In this document: positions 19,243 through 28,460 of the stretch, piece by piece | Layout: each line of letters begins with the position of its first letter | How positions within the stretch are numbered: the stretch's first letter is position 1 | NCBI RefSeq assembly: GCF_000195955.2 | Contig: NC_000962.3 | Location: forward strand, 3,780,001 to 3,812,000 | DNA from: Mycobacterium tuberculosis H37Rv | GTDB lineage: Bacteria > Actinomycetota > Actinomycetes > Mycobacteriales > Mycobacteriaceae | DNA length: 32,000 nt | Direction of reading: 5' to 3' | Notes under the pieces: generated by a model | The model's database searches: none | Told to the model about the DNA's origin: nothing | The model's input: only the letters and a program-made list of their open reading frames with translations | Position numbers and translations under genes: made by a program

Positions 19243-19635
19243 TCACGACGGGGCGATCACGGCCATGCCGAGCGTCTTGGCGGCGTCGCGCATCCGGTCG
19301 TCGTAGGTGCACAACCGGCCCAGATCGACGCCGAGCCGCTGCGCCGTCGCCAAGTGGATGGCATCGAGCGTGCGCAGCTCGAATGGCAGCAGCCCACCAG
19401 CGAGATCGAGGACGCGCTTGTCGACGCGCAGCAGATCGAGATGAGCCAGCGCCCGGCGGCCGGCTTTCCGCGCTGATTCACCCTTGTCAAGCAGGGCCCG
19501 CATGACCTCCGCGCGCGCAAGGGCACTCGACACTCGCGGGTGGCGGGTGCGAAGGTAGCGGCGCAGCGCGTCCGACTCTGGCTCGCGAACCGCGAGCTTG
19601 ACGATCGCGGACGAGTCGAGATAGATGGCCGCCAT
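19243..19635 (-). CDS. vapC46: PIN-domain toxin VapC46, 130 aa
   Basis: MAAIYLDSSAIVKLAVREPESDALRRYL ... LRTLDAIHLATAQRLGVDLGRLCTYDDRM; acidic PIN motifs. Confidence 0.93.
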   Translation of the reverse strand: MAAIYLDSSAIVKLAVREPESDALRRYLRTRHPRVSSALARAEVMRALLDKGESARKAGRRALAHLDLLRVDKRVLDLAGGLLPFELRTLDAIHLATAQRLGVDLGRLCTYDDRMRDAAKTLGMAVIAPS

Positions 19636-19943
19636 CAACGCTCGTGCTCACGCAGGCGCGCAAGCGTCACCGACGGCAGCTCGACGCCCGCGTCGAGGTC
19701 GAGCGGTTCGGGCAGATCAACGACGTCGAGCGTGGCACGCTCGATCTCGCCGCTTGCCAGCAGCTGCTCGTATGGACCGCCCTGCGGCAGCGGCGAGAGC
19801 AGGGCGACGGGCCGGCCGCGGTCGGTGATCTCGATCGTCTCGCCGGCCTCGACTCGGCGCAGCAGCTCGCTGGCCCGCTGCCGCAGCGCACGCACCCCCA
19901 CCGAGGTCATTGTGCTAACTGTAGCACAAGCGGTCGGCGTCAT
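19635..19943 (-). CDS. vapB46: Antitoxin VapB46 (Phd/YefM-like), 102 aa (or shorter from the internal MTSVGVRALRQ)
   Basis: MTSVGVRALRQRASELLRRVEAGETIEITDRGRPVALLSPLP; overlaps the vapC46 start. Confidence 0.92.
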   Translation of the reverse strand: MTPTACATVSTMTSVGVRALRQRASELLRRVEAGETIEITDRGRPVALLSPLPQGGPYEQLLASGEIERATLDVVDLPEPLDLDAGVELPSVTLARLREHER

Positions 19944-20091
19944 GGGCCGACGTTCGACTCGCGCAGGCTTTAAGTAACGTCGGTGTTAATTACTAGGACC
20001 TGAAAAAGTCGGCGCGTTGTTCCTCGGTTGGTTGGCGCTGAGCTGGGAGGATGGCCTCAATGCCCTTGTTGCGGAAGGGATTGAGGCCATC

Positions 20092-20796
20092 GTGTTTCGT
20101 ACTGTAGGCGATCAGGCATCGTTGTGGGAATCCGTGCTGCCCGAGGAGTTGCGGCGGCTGCCCGAAGAGCTGGCCCGGGTGGATGCGCTGCTCGATGATT
20201 CGGCGTTCTTCTGCCCGTTTGTGCCGTTCTTCGACCCGCGGATGGGTCGGCCGTCCATACCGATGGAGACCTATTTGCGGTTGATGTTCTTGAAGTTCCG
20301 TTACCGGTTGGGCTATGAGTCGCTGTGTCGGGAGGTCACCGATTCGATCACCTGGCGGCGGTTCTGCCGTATTCCGTTGGAGGGATCGGTGCCGCACCCA
20401 ACCACGTTGATGAAGCTGACCACGCGCTGCGGTGAGGATGCGGTGGCCGGGCTCAATGAGGCGCTGCTGGCCAAGGCGGCCAGCGAAAAGCTGTTGCGCA
20501 CCAACAAGGTCCGTGCCGACACCACCGTGGTGGAGGGCGATGTGGGCTATCCCACCGACACTGGACTGCTCGCCAAGGCGGTCGGCTCGATGGCGCGCAC
20601 CGTGGCGCGGATCAAAGCCGCGGACGCGGGATCGGCGCCGCTCGGTGGGTCGTCGGGCCCGCGCGATCGCCTCCAAGCTGCGGTTACGCGGCGCGCAGCA
20701 ACGCGATCAGGCGCAGGCCTTCGTGCGCCGGATCACCGGGGAGCTAGCCGGGATCGCCGAGCAGGCGCTGACCGAGGCTGCCGCGGTGGTACGTAA
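20092..20796 (+). CDS. IS1560 transposase, N-terminal part (234 aa; true homology ends near the frameshift ~20.63 kb)
   Basis: FFCPFVPFFDPRMGRPSIPMETYLRLMFLKFRYRLGYESLCREVTDSITWRRFCRIPLEGSVPHPTTLMKL, RADTTVVEGDVGYPTDTGLLAKAV. Confidence 0.85.
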   Translation: MFRTVGDQASLWESVLPEELRRLPEELARVDALLDDSAFFCPFVPFFDPRMGRPSIPMETYLRLMFLKFRYRLGYESLCREVTDSITWRRFCRIPLEGSVPHPTTLMKLTTRCGEDAVAGLNEALLAKAASEKLLRTNKVRADTTVVEGDVGYPTDTGLLAKAVGSMARTVARIKAADAGSAPLGGSSGPRDRLQAAVTRRAATRSGAGLRAPDHRGASRDRRAGADRGCRGGT

Positions 20797-21463
20797 CGCC
20801 CAACGTGCGGTGCGCCGCGCCAGTGGGCGGCGCAAAGCCTGGCTACGCCAGGCCATCAACCATCTCGAGAAGCTGATCGGACGCACCGAGCGGGTGGTGG
20901 ACCAGGCCCGTAGCCGGCTGGCCGGGGTAATGCCCGACTCAAGCAGCCGCCTGGTCAGTCTCCACGATGCCGACGCTCGCCCGATCCGCAAGGGACGATT
21001 GGGCAAGCCGGTCGAGTTCGGCTACAAGGCCCAGGTCGTCGACAACGCCGACGGTGTCATCCTGGACCACAGCGTCGAGCTCGGAAACCCCGCAGATGCA
21101 CCGCAATTGGCACCCGCCATCGAACGGATCAGCCGCCGCACCGGACGCCCACCACGGGCAGTGACCGCTGATCGGGGCTGCGGAGACGCATCGGTCGAAG
21201 ATGATCTCCACCAGCTCGGGGTGCGCAACGTGGCCATCCCACGCAAGAGCAAACCCAGCGCCACCCGCCGCGCATTCGAACACCGACGGGCATTCCGCGA
21301 CAAGATCAAATGGCGAACCGGATCCGAAGGACGCATCAACCACCTCAAGCGCAGCTACGGCTGGAACCGCACCGAACTCACCGGCATCACCGGCGCCCGA
21401 ACCTGGTGCGGACACGGCGTCTTCGCCCACAACCTCGTCAAGATCAGCACCCTGGCAGCGTGA
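20786..21463 (+). CDS. IS1560 transposase, C-terminal part (225 aa; same-frame homology extends upstream to ~20.63 kb)
   Basis: PVEFGYKAQVVDNADGVILDHSVELGNPADAPQL...AVTADRGCGDASVEDDLHQLGVRNVAIPRKSK...RTGSEGRINHLKRSYGWNRTELTGITGARTWCGHGVFAHNLVKI. Confidence 0.87.
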   Translation: MVRNAQRAVRRASGRRKAWLRQAINHLEKLIGRTERVVDQARSRLAGVMPDSSSRLVSLHDADARPIRKGRLGKPVEFGYKAQVVDNADGVILDHSVELGNPADAPQLAPAIERISRRTGRPPRAVTADRGCGDASVEDDLHQLGVRNVAIPRKSKPSATRRAFEHRRAFRDKIKWRTGSEGRINHLKRSYGWNRTELTGITGARTWCGHGVFAHNLVKISTLAA

Positions 21464-21652
21464 CAGACACCCGCGCCCACCCCGACCACGCCACGCAGGT
21501 CGCCCAGCCCGCCGCCGTCAATGCAACCGCGACTTTTTCAGGTCTTAGTAATTAGTGGCCGCCGCTTTGGGTCCACCGGGGCCCTGCGGCGAAACACCAG
21601 ACGTGATGCCGTGATCGGCGATACCCTTCGACCCATTGAAGGGAGAACAGCC

Positions 21653-23848
21653 ATGTCGTTTGTGATCGCGAACCCCGAGATGCTGGCAGCGGCGGCGACC
21701 GATTTGGCCGGCATCCGGTCGGCGATCAGCGCCGCGACCGCGGCGGCCGCGGCCCCGACGATCCAGGTTGCCGCGGCCGGCGCCGACGAGGTGTCGCTGG
21801 CCATCTCGGCGCTGTTTGGCCAGCACGCCCAGGCCTATCAGGCGCTCAGCGCCCAGGCGACGATCTTTCACGACCAGTTCGTGCAGGCCCTGACCTCCGG
21901 CGGCAACCTGTATGCGGCCGCCGAGAGCCACACCGTCGAGCAGATGGTGCTCAACGCGATCAACGCGCCCACCCAGACACTGTTCGGCCGCCCGCTGATC
22001 GGCGACGGCGCCAACGGGACCGCGGAGAACCCGGACGGCCAAAACGGCGGCCTGCTGTTCGGCAACGGCGGCAACGGCTTTACCCAGACGACCGCCGGGG
22101 TGGCCGGCGGCAACGGCGGCAGCGCGGGGTTGATCGGCAACGGCGGGGCCGGCGGCGGCGGCGGGGCCGGCGCCGCCGGCGGCCTCGGCGGCAACGGCGG
22201 GTGGCTGTACGGCAACGGCGGGGCCGGCGGCATCGGGGGCGCGGGCACCGGAACCGGTGGTCACGGCGGGGCCGGCGGGGCCGGCGGCCGGGCCTGGCTG
22301 TGGGGCACCGGCGGGGCCGGCGGAGCCGGCGGTGACGGCGGCTGGTTGTTCGGCGACGGCGGGGCCGGCGGCACCGGCGGCAACGGCGGCAGCGGCTTTA
22401 ACAGCTTGACCTCTTCGGTCGGCGGCGCCGGCGGGGCCGGTGGGCACGCCGGGCTGTTCGGCGCCGGCGGGACCGGCGGGACCGGCGGCATCGGCGGGCA
22501 AAACACCGAGACCGGCCCGGCCGCCAGCAACGGCGGCGCGGGCGGCGCCGGTGGCGGCGGCGGGTACCTGGTCGGCGATGGCGGCGCCGGCGGGACCGGC
22601 GGGGCCGGCGGGAAGAATTCCAGCGGTGGCGCCACCCTCACCGGGGGCACCGGAGGGACCGGCGGGGCCGGCGGGGCGGCCGGGTGGCTCTACGGCAGCG
22701 GCGGCGCCGGCGGTGCCGGCGGCGCCGGCGGGCTCAACAACGCCGGTGGTGCCACCGGCGGCACCGGCGGTACCGGCGGAGCCGGCGGCTCTGGAGCGTG
22801 GCTGTACGGCAACGGCGGGGCCGCCGGGGCCGGCGGCAACGGCGGCAACAATACCAGCGCCGGCACCGGTGGTGTCGGGGCTAGCGGCGGGACCGGCGGA
22901 AACGCCGGGCTGATCGGCGCCGGCGGCCACGGCGGGGCCGGCGGCGCCGGCGGAAACCAAACCGGTGGCGTGGGCAACGGCGGGGCCGGCGGGAACGGCG
23001 GCGCCGGCGGGGCCGGTGGTCAGCTGTACGGCAACGGCGGGGACGGCGGCAACGGCGGGGCCGGCGGGGCCAACATCGCCGGCGGCAATGGCAGCGACGG
23101 CGGCGCCGCCGGCCACGGCGGGGCCGGCGGGAGCGCCCGGCTGATCGGAGCCGGCGGCCACGGCGGGGACGGCGGCGCCGGCGGGAACACCGCCGGCAGA
23201 AGGGCCGACGCGATCGCCGGCACCGGCGGGGACGGCGGCAACGGCGGGAATGGCGGCTTGCTAAGCGGCAACGCCGGGGCCGGCGGCCACGGCGGGGCGG
23301 GCGGGAGCAGCACCGCGACCACCACCACCGGAACACCCCCAACGGGTGCAACGGGCGGCAATGGCGGCAACGGCGGGGCCGGCGGCACGGCCGGGTTTAC
23401 CGGCAGCGGCGGCATCGGCGGCAACGGCGGGGCCGGCGGCACCGGCGGTAACGCCGGTGTCGCCTTGTCGGTTGGCAGCACGGGCGGACTGGGCGGTAAC
23501 GGCGGCAGCGGGGGCCTCGGCGGCGGCGGCGGGTCGCTCTTCGGCAATGGCGGGGCCGGCGGTGTCGGCGCAACCGGCGGAAACGGCGGAAGCGGTATCG
23601 GGCCCGCCAGCGTGGGTGGCAACGGCGGCAAGGGCGGCGTTGGTGCGGCCGGCGGGCTTGCCGGGCAGATCGGCAACGGCGGTAGTGGTGGGTCCGGCGG
23701 TGCCGGGGGCAACGGCGGGACCGGCGATACCGCCGGCAACGGTGGCAATGGTGGTGCCGGCGCGGTCGGCGGCAACGCCCAGCTCATCGGCAACGGCGGC
23801 AACGGCGGTGGCGGCGGGAACGGCGGAACCGGCGCCGACGGCACCTAA
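21653..23848 (+). CDS. PE_PGRS52: PE_PGRS family protein (PE_PGRS52 by context), 731 aa
   Basis: PE domain [80 protein letters not shown], linker, then long GGXGGX repeats; stop TAA 23846-23848. The supplied ORF begins too early at 21521. Confidence 0.95.
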   Translation: MSFVIANPEMLAAAATDLAGIRSAISAATAAAAAPTIQVAAAGADEVSLAISALFGQHAQAYQALSAQATIFHDQFVQALTSGGNLYAAAESHTVEQMVLNAINAPTQTLFGRPLIGDGANGTAENPDGQNGGLLFGNGGNGFTQTTAGVAGGNGGSAGLIGNGGAGGGGGAGAAGGLGGNGGWLYGNGGAGGIGGAGTGTGGHGGAGGAGGRAWLWGTGGAGGAGGDGGWLFGDGGAGGTGGNGGSGFNSLTSSVGGAGGAGGHAGLFGAGGTGGTGGIGGQNTETGPAASNGGAGGAGGGGGYLVGDGGAGGTGGAGGKNSSGGATLTGGTGGTGGAGGAAGWLYGSGGAGGAGGAGGLNNAGGATGGTGGTGGAGGSGAWLYGNGGAAGAGGNGGNNTSAGTGGVGASGGTGGNAGLIGAGGHGGAGGAGGNQTGGVGNGGAGGNGGAGGAGGQLYGNGGDGGNGGAGGANIAGGNGSDGGAAGHGGAGGSARLIGAGGHGGDGGAGGNTAGRRADAIAGTGGDGGNGGNGGLLSGNAGAGGHGGAGGSSTATTTTGTPPTGATGGNGGNGGAGGTAGFTGSGGIGGNGGAGGTGGNAGVALSVGSTGGLGGNGGSGGLGGGGGSLFGNGGAGGVGATGGNGGSGIGPASVGGNGGKGGVGAAGGLAGQIGNGGSGGSGGAGGNGGTGDTAGNGGNGGAGAVGGNAQLIGNGGNGGGGGNGGTGADGT

Positions 23849-23855
23849 GGCCCGC

Positions 23856-23911
23856 GAGCAGACGCAAAATCGCCCAATTTCGTGCCGAATTGGGCGATTT
23901 TGCGTCTGCTC
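23856..23911. terminator. Strong inverted repeat (24-bp perfect stem, 8-nt loop) between convergent genes; candidate bidirectional terminator or repeated palindromic element
   Basis: GAGCAGACGCAAAATCGCCCAATT-tcgtgccg-AATTGGGCGATTTTGCGTCTGCTC. Confidence 0.7.
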
Positions 23912-23918
23912 GGCGCAG

Positions 23919-24791
23919 CTAACCCGCCACGTACTCCACCGCGCCGTCGTCGAGCACCACCCGGGCCTCGGCGCCGTCGGAGCCGGCCACCTCGGTGCGG
24001 AACACCGCCCGGCCCGGCTCGGTGCGCCAGATCACCGTCGACAGCGTCTCGCCGGGAAACACCGGCTTGGTGAACCGCGCGGCGATCGAGGTGATGTTGG
24101 CCGCCACACCGCCGCCAAGCTCGGCCACCAGCGCCCGGCCCGCCACCCCGTAGGTGCACAACCCGTGCAGGATCGGCTTGGGAAACCCGGCCAGCTGCGT
24201 GGCGAACCAGGGGTCGCTGTGCAGCGGGTTGCGGTCACCGGAGAGCCGGTAGATCAGCGCCTGGTCCTCACGGGTCGGCATATCGATTCGGGCGTCGGGG
24301 TGGCGGTCCGGAAATTCCGGCGCGGCCGGCCGCTCACCCCGCGCTCCTCCGAAACCCCCCTGACCCCGAAGCACCAACGTGGTAAGCGTTTCGGCAACCA
24401 ACGAACCCGATTCCGGGTCGCAACCGCGGCCGCGCAGCACAACGATGGCGTTCTTGCCCTCCCCCTTGTCCTGGATGTCGGCGACCTCGGTGACCACCGA
24501 CAGTTTTCCCGCCGCCGGCAGCGGCGCATGCAGCCGGATGCCCTGGGAGCCGTGTAGCAGCGCCGCCGGGTTGAATGTTCCCACCTTTGCGGCCGCACCA
24601 AACGCCGGACAGCAAATCACCGCATACGTCGGCAACACTTGCTGGTCGATGCCGTGGCTGTTCTCCGTGGTGAACGCCAGATCTCCGGTCCCGGCGCCCA
24701 CCCCGATCGCGTAAAGCAGCGTGTCCCGGTCGGTCCACTCGAACAACATCGGCTCGGTCACTGCACCTATGGAGTTCGGATCAATCGCCAT
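23919..24791 (-). CDS. htdY: MaoC-like (R)-specific 3-hydroxyacyl-thioester dehydratase HtdY (Rv3389c), 290 aa
   Basis: AIDPNSIGAVTEPMLFEWTDRDTLLYAIGVGAG N-terminus; hydratase-2 motif YRLSGDRNPLHSDPWFATQLAGFPKPILHGLCTYG. Confidence 0.92.
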   Translation of the reverse strand: MAIDPNSIGAVTEPMLFEWTDRDTLLYAIGVGAGTGDLAFTTENSHGIDQQVLPTYAVICCPAFGAAAKVGTFNPAALLHGSQGIRLHAPLPAAGKLSVVTEVADIQDKGEGKNAIVVLRGRGCDPESGSLVAETLTTLVLRGQGGFGGARGERPAAPEFPDRHPDARIDMPTREDQALIYRLSGDRNPLHSDPWFATQLAGFPKPILHGLCTYGVAGRALVAELGGGVAANITSIAARFTKPVFPGETLSTVIWRTEPGRAVFRTEVAGSDGAEARVVLDDGAVEYVAG

Positions 24792-24864
24792 GCAACTCTC
24801 CTCCCGGTTGGAAAATCATCGCAAGCCCTTCCCCCGGACGGTATCGACAGGGCAGGCTATCGCC

Positions 24865-25575
24865 ATGGCGAAGCGCACCCCGGTCCGGAAGGCCTGCACA
24901 GTTCTAGCCGTGCTCGCCGCGACGCTACTCCTCGGCGCCTGCGGCGGTCCCACGCAGCCACGCAGCATCACCTTGACCTTTATCCGCAACGCGCAATCCC
25001 AGGCCAACGCCGACGGGATCATCGACACCGACATGCCCGGTTCCGGCCTCAGCGCCGACGGCAAAGCAGAGGCGCAGCAGGTCGCGCACCAGGTTTCCCG
25101 CAGAGATGTCGACAGCATCTATTCCTCCCCCATGGCGGCCGACCAGCAGACCGCCGGGCCGTTGGCCGGCGAACTTGGCAAGCAAGTCGAGATTCTTCCG
25201 GGCCTGCAAGCGATCAACGCCGGCTGGTTCAACGGCAAACCCGAATCAATGGCCAACTCAACATATATGCTGGCACCGGCAGACTGGCTGGCCGGCGATG
25301 TTCACAACACTATTCCGGGGTCGATCAGCGGCACCGAATTCAATTCCCAGTTCAGCGCCGCCGTCCGCAAGATCTACGACAGCGGCCACAATACGCCGGT
25401 CGTGTTCTCGCAGGGGGTAGCGATCATGATCTGGACGCTGATGAACGCACGAAACTCTAGGGACAGCCTGCTGACCACCCATCCACTGCCCAACATCGGC
25501 CGCGTGGTGATCACCGGCAACCCAGTGACCGGCTGGAGGCTGGTGGAATGGGACGGCATCCGTAACTTCACCTGA
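24865..25575 (+). CDS. lpqD: Lipoprotein LpqD, histidine-phosphatase/phosphoglycerate-mutase-like fold, 236 aa
   Basis: Signal peptide and lipobox MAKRTPVRKACTVLAVLAATLLLGAC; phosphoglycerate-mutase-like layout LTFIRNAQSQANADGIIDTDMPGSGLSADGKAEAQQVAHQV...VDSIYSSPMAADQQTAGPLA. Confidence 0.88.
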   Translation: MAKRTPVRKACTVLAVLAATLLLGACGGPTQPRSITLTFIRNAQSQANADGIIDTDMPGSGLSADGKAEAQQVAHQVSRRDVDSIYSSPMAADQQTAGPLAGELGKQVEILPGLQAINAGWFNGKPESMANSTYMLAPADWLAGDVHNTIPGSISGTEFNSQFSAAVRKIYDSGHNTPVVFSQGVAIMIWTLMNARNSRDSLLTTHPLPNIGRVVITGNPVTGWRLVEWDGIRNFT

Positions 25576-25620
25576 CCGCGCGGTTGACGCTTACCGCCGC
25601 TGACCGCCACGATTGACCGC

Positions 25621-27573
25621 ATGCGGTACGTCGTTACCGGCGGTACCGGGTTTATCGGGCGCCACGTGGTATCCCGTCTCCTGGACGGCCGACCCGAGGC
25701 ACGGCTGTGGGCGCTGGTTCGCCGCCAGTCGTTAAGCCGCTTCGAGCGCCTCGCCGGCCAGTGGGGTGACCGGGTAAGACCGCTGGTCGGTGATCTCACG
25801 GAGCTCGAACTGTCCGAGCGGACCATCGCCGAGCTAGGCGATATCGACCATGTGCTGCACTGTGCGGCGGTACACGACACCACCTGGGCCGACGCCACCC
25901 GCGCCGTCATCGAGCTGGCGGCACGCCTTGACGCCACGTTTCATCACGTGTCGTCGATCGCGGTGGCCGGAGACTTCGCCGGCCACTACACCGAGGCCGA
26001 CTTCGACGTCGGCCAGCGCCTACCGACCCCGTATCATCGGATGACATTCGAGGCCGAACGGCTGGTGCGCTCCACGCCCGGCCTGCGCTATCGCATCTAC
26101 CGCCCGGCGGTGGTGGTGGGTGATTCGCGCACCGGCGAGATGGACACGATCGACGGACCCTACTACTTGTTCGGGGTGCTGGCCAAGCTGGCGGTGTTGC
26201 CGTCGTTCACCCCGATGCTGCTGCCGGACATTGGGCGCACCAACATCGTGCCGGTCGACTATGTGGCCGACGCGCTGGTGGCGCTCATGCACGCCGACGG
26301 CCGGGATGGGCAGACGTTTCATTTGACCGCGCCGACAGCAATCGGACTGCGCGGCATCTACCGCGGGATCGCCGGCGCGGCCGGACTGCCCCCGCTACTC
26401 GGGACGCTGCCCGGCTTTGTGGCCGCACCGGTGCTCAACGCGCGCGGCCGCGCCAAGGTGCTGCGCAACATGGCGGCCACCCAACTGGGAATTCCCGCCG
26501 AGATTTTCGACGTCGTCGGCTGCGCGCCCACGTTCACGTCCGACACAACCCGGGAAGCGTTGCGCGGCACCGGCATTCACGTCCCCGAATTCGCCACCTA
26601 CGCGCCCGGGCTGTGGCGGTATTGGGCCGAGCACCTCGACCCCGACCGCGCGCGTCGCAACGATCCGCTGCTGGGCCGCCACGTCATCATCACCGGTGCG
26701 TCCAGCGGCATCGGGAGGGCATCGGCGATCGCCGTCGCCAAACGGGGTGCGACGGTATTCGCGCTGGCCCGCAACGGCAACGCGCTAGATGAGCTGGTCA
26801 CCGAGATCCGCGCCCATGGCGGTCAGGCGCACGCATTCACCTGCGACGTCACCGATTCCGCGTCGGTGGAGCACACCGTCAAGGACATCCTGGGCCGTTT
26901 CGACCACGTGGACTACCTGGTGAACAACGCCGGCCGGTCGATACGCCGCTCGGTGGTCAACTCCACCGACCGGCTGCACGACTACGAGCGGGTGATGGCG
27001 GTCAACTACTTCGGCGCGGTGCGCATGGTGCTGGCGCTGCTGCCGCATTGGCGCGAGCGCCGGTTCGGCCACGTCGTCAACGTCTCCAGCGCCGGCGTGC
27101 AGGCCCGCAATCCCAAGTACAGCTCGTATCTGCCCACCAAGGCCGCGCTGGACGCGTTCGCCGACGTGGTCGCCTCCGAGACGCTGTCCGACCACATCAC
27201 GTTCACCAACATCCATATGCCGCTGGTGGCCACCCCGATGATCGTGCCGTCGCGGCGGCTCAACCCGGTGCGCGCGATCAGCGCCGAACGCGCGGCGGCG
27301 ATGGTGATCCGCGGACTCGTGGAAAAGCCGGCGCGCATCGACACTCCGTTGGGTACGCTCGCCGAAGCCGGCAACTACGTCGCGCCACGGCTGTCGCGCC
27401 GAATTCTGCACCAGCTCTATCTGGGCTATCCCGATTCAGCTGCAGCGCAGGGGATTTCGCGTCCAGACGCGGACCGCCCACCGGCGCCGCGGCGTCCCCG
27501 GCGATCCGCCCGCGCGGGAGTCCCGAGGCCGCTCAGGCGCTTGGGGCGACTGGTGCCCGGTGTGCATTGGTAG
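25621..27573 (+). CDS. acrA1: Bifunctional fatty acyl-CoA reductase-like protein AcrA1: N-terminal extended SDR/NAD-epimerase domain plus C-terminal classical SDR, 650 aa
   Basis: RYVVTGGTGFIGRHVVSRLL; HVIITGASSGIGRASAIAVAKRGATVFALAR; SAGVQARNPKYSSYLPTKAALDAFADVV. Confidence 0.92.
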   Translation: MRYVVTGGTGFIGRHVVSRLLDGRPEARLWALVRRQSLSRFERLAGQWGDRVRPLVGDLTELELSERTIAELGDIDHVLHCAAVHDTTWADATRAVIELAARLDATFHHVSSIAVAGDFAGHYTEADFDVGQRLPTPYHRMTFEAERLVRSTPGLRYRIYRPAVVVGDSRTGEMDTIDGPYYLFGVLAKLAVLPSFTPMLLPDIGRTNIVPVDYVADALVALMHADGRDGQTFHLTAPTAIGLRGIYRGIAGAAGLPPLLGTLPGFVAAPVLNARGRAKVLRNMAATQLGIPAEIFDVVGCAPTFTSDTTREALRGTGIHVPEFATYAPGLWRYWAEHLDPDRARRNDPLLGRHVIITGASSGIGRASAIAVAKRGATVFALARNGNALDELVTEIRAHGGQAHAFTCDVTDSASVEHTVKDILGRFDHVDYLVNNAGRSIRRSVVNSTDRLHDYERVMAVNYFGAVRMVLALLPHWRERRFGHVVNVSSAGVQARNPKYSSYLPTKAALDAFADVVASETLSDHITFTNIHMPLVATPMIVPSRRLNPVRAISAERAAAMVIRGLVEKPARIDTPLGTLAEAGNYVAPRLSRRILHQLYLGYPDSAAAQGISRPDADRPPAPRRPRRSARAGVPRPLRRLGRLVPGVHW

Positions 27574-28437
27574 TCACTTCTGGCAGGTGAACTGGTTGAC
27601 GTCGATGTATCCGATGCGAAACATCTCGGCGCAGCCGGTGAGGTACTTCATATACCGCTCGTAGACTTCCTCGGATTGCAGCGCGATGGCCTGGCCCTTG
27701 TTGGCCTGCAACGCCGCGGACCAGAGGTCGAGGGTTTTCGCATAGTGCGGCTGCAACGATTGAACTCTGGTGACGGTGAAGCCGTTTGCGCTGGCACACT
27801 CCTGCACCATCGGTATCGAGGGCAGCCGCCCACCCGGAAAGATCTCGGTCACAATGAATTTCAGGAAACGAGCGAAGGTGAACGACATGGGCAGGCCGCG
27901 TTCGTGGATCTCTTTCGGATGCAACCCGGTGATGGTGTGCAGCAGCATGACCCCGTCAGCGGGCAGCAGGCGATGCGCCAGGCTGAAGAACGCGTCGTAG
28001 CGCTCGTGACCGAAATGTTCGAAAGCACCGATGCTGACGATGCGGTCGACGGGCTCGTCAAACTGTTCCCAGCCGGCCAGCAGAACGCGTTTGGAGCGTA
28101 GATTTTCGGAGTTGGCGACCAGCTGCTGAACGTGGTTGGCCTGGTTTTTGCTCAGGGTCAGACCGACGACGTTGACGTCGTATTTTTCCACCGCGCGCAT
28201 CATGGTGGCGCCCCAGCCGCAGCCGACGTCCAACAGTGTCATGCCCGGCTGCAATCCGAGTTTGCCCAGCGCGAGATCGATCTTGGCGATCTGCGCCTCT
28301 TGCAGCGTCATGTCGTCGCGCTCGAAGTAGGCGCAGCTGTAGGTCTGAGTGGGATCGAGGAACAGCCGGAAGAAGTCGTCGGACAGGTCGTAGTGCGCCT
28401 GCACGTTGGCGAAGTGCGGCTTCAGCTCGTCGGGCAT
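27574..28437 (-). CDS. cmaA1: Cyclopropane mycolic acid synthase CmaA1, 287 aa
   Basis: MPDELKPHFANVQAHYDLSDDFFRLFLDPTQTYSCAYFERDDMTLQEAQIAKIDLALGKLGLQPGMTLLDVGCGWGATM (SAM-binding motif); IGAFEHFGHERYDAFF. Confidence 0.95.
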   Translation of the reverse strand: MPDELKPHFANVQAHYDLSDDFFRLFLDPTQTYSCAYFERDDMTLQEAQIAKIDLALGKLGLQPGMTLLDVGCGWGATMMRAVEKYDVNVVGLTLSKNQANHVQQLVANSENLRSKRVLLAGWEQFDEPVDRIVSIGAFEHFGHERYDAFFSLAHRLLPADGVMLLHTITGLHPKEIHERGLPMSFTFARFLKFIVTEIFPGGRLPSIPMVQECASANGFTVTRVQSLQPHYAKTLDLWSAALQANKGQAIALQSEEVYERYMKYLTGCAEMFRIGYIDVNQFTCQK

Positions 28438-28460
28438 TGGGATAGCGTATCGTCGTCGCG

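Larger units (their letters stand above)
19987..21554 (+). mobile_element. IS1560: IS1560-like insertion sequence with near-perfect terminal inverted repeats
   Basis: Left TAATTACTAGGACCTGAAAAAGTC (19987-20010) versus reverse complement of the right end TAATTACTAAGACCTGAAAAAGTC (21531-21554), one mismatch in 24; transposase ORFs inside. The exact ends may lie 1-3 nt inward because TAATTA could include the target duplication. Confidence 0.85.

Noticed and set aside
21545-23161. 538-aa minus-strand ORF and several long overlapping antisense ORFs opposite PE_PGRS52
   Set aside because: Low-complexity Pro/Ala mirror of the GC-rich PGRS repeats; no domain, and it ends inside the PE domain region.
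22261-23844. Possible CRISPR array or tandem DNA repeat
   Set aside because: The repeats are coding triplet-phased PGRS motifs without constant spacers or unique spacer structure.
24639-25460. 273-aa + frame ORF overlapping htdY and lpqD
   Set aside because: Out of frame with the clear lipoprotein and dehydratase genes; Arg/Gln-rich translation typical of spurious high-GC ORFs.
27048-27590. 180-aa ORF at the acrA1 3' end
   Set aside because: Lies in another frame inside the C-terminal SDR domain; composition is spurious.
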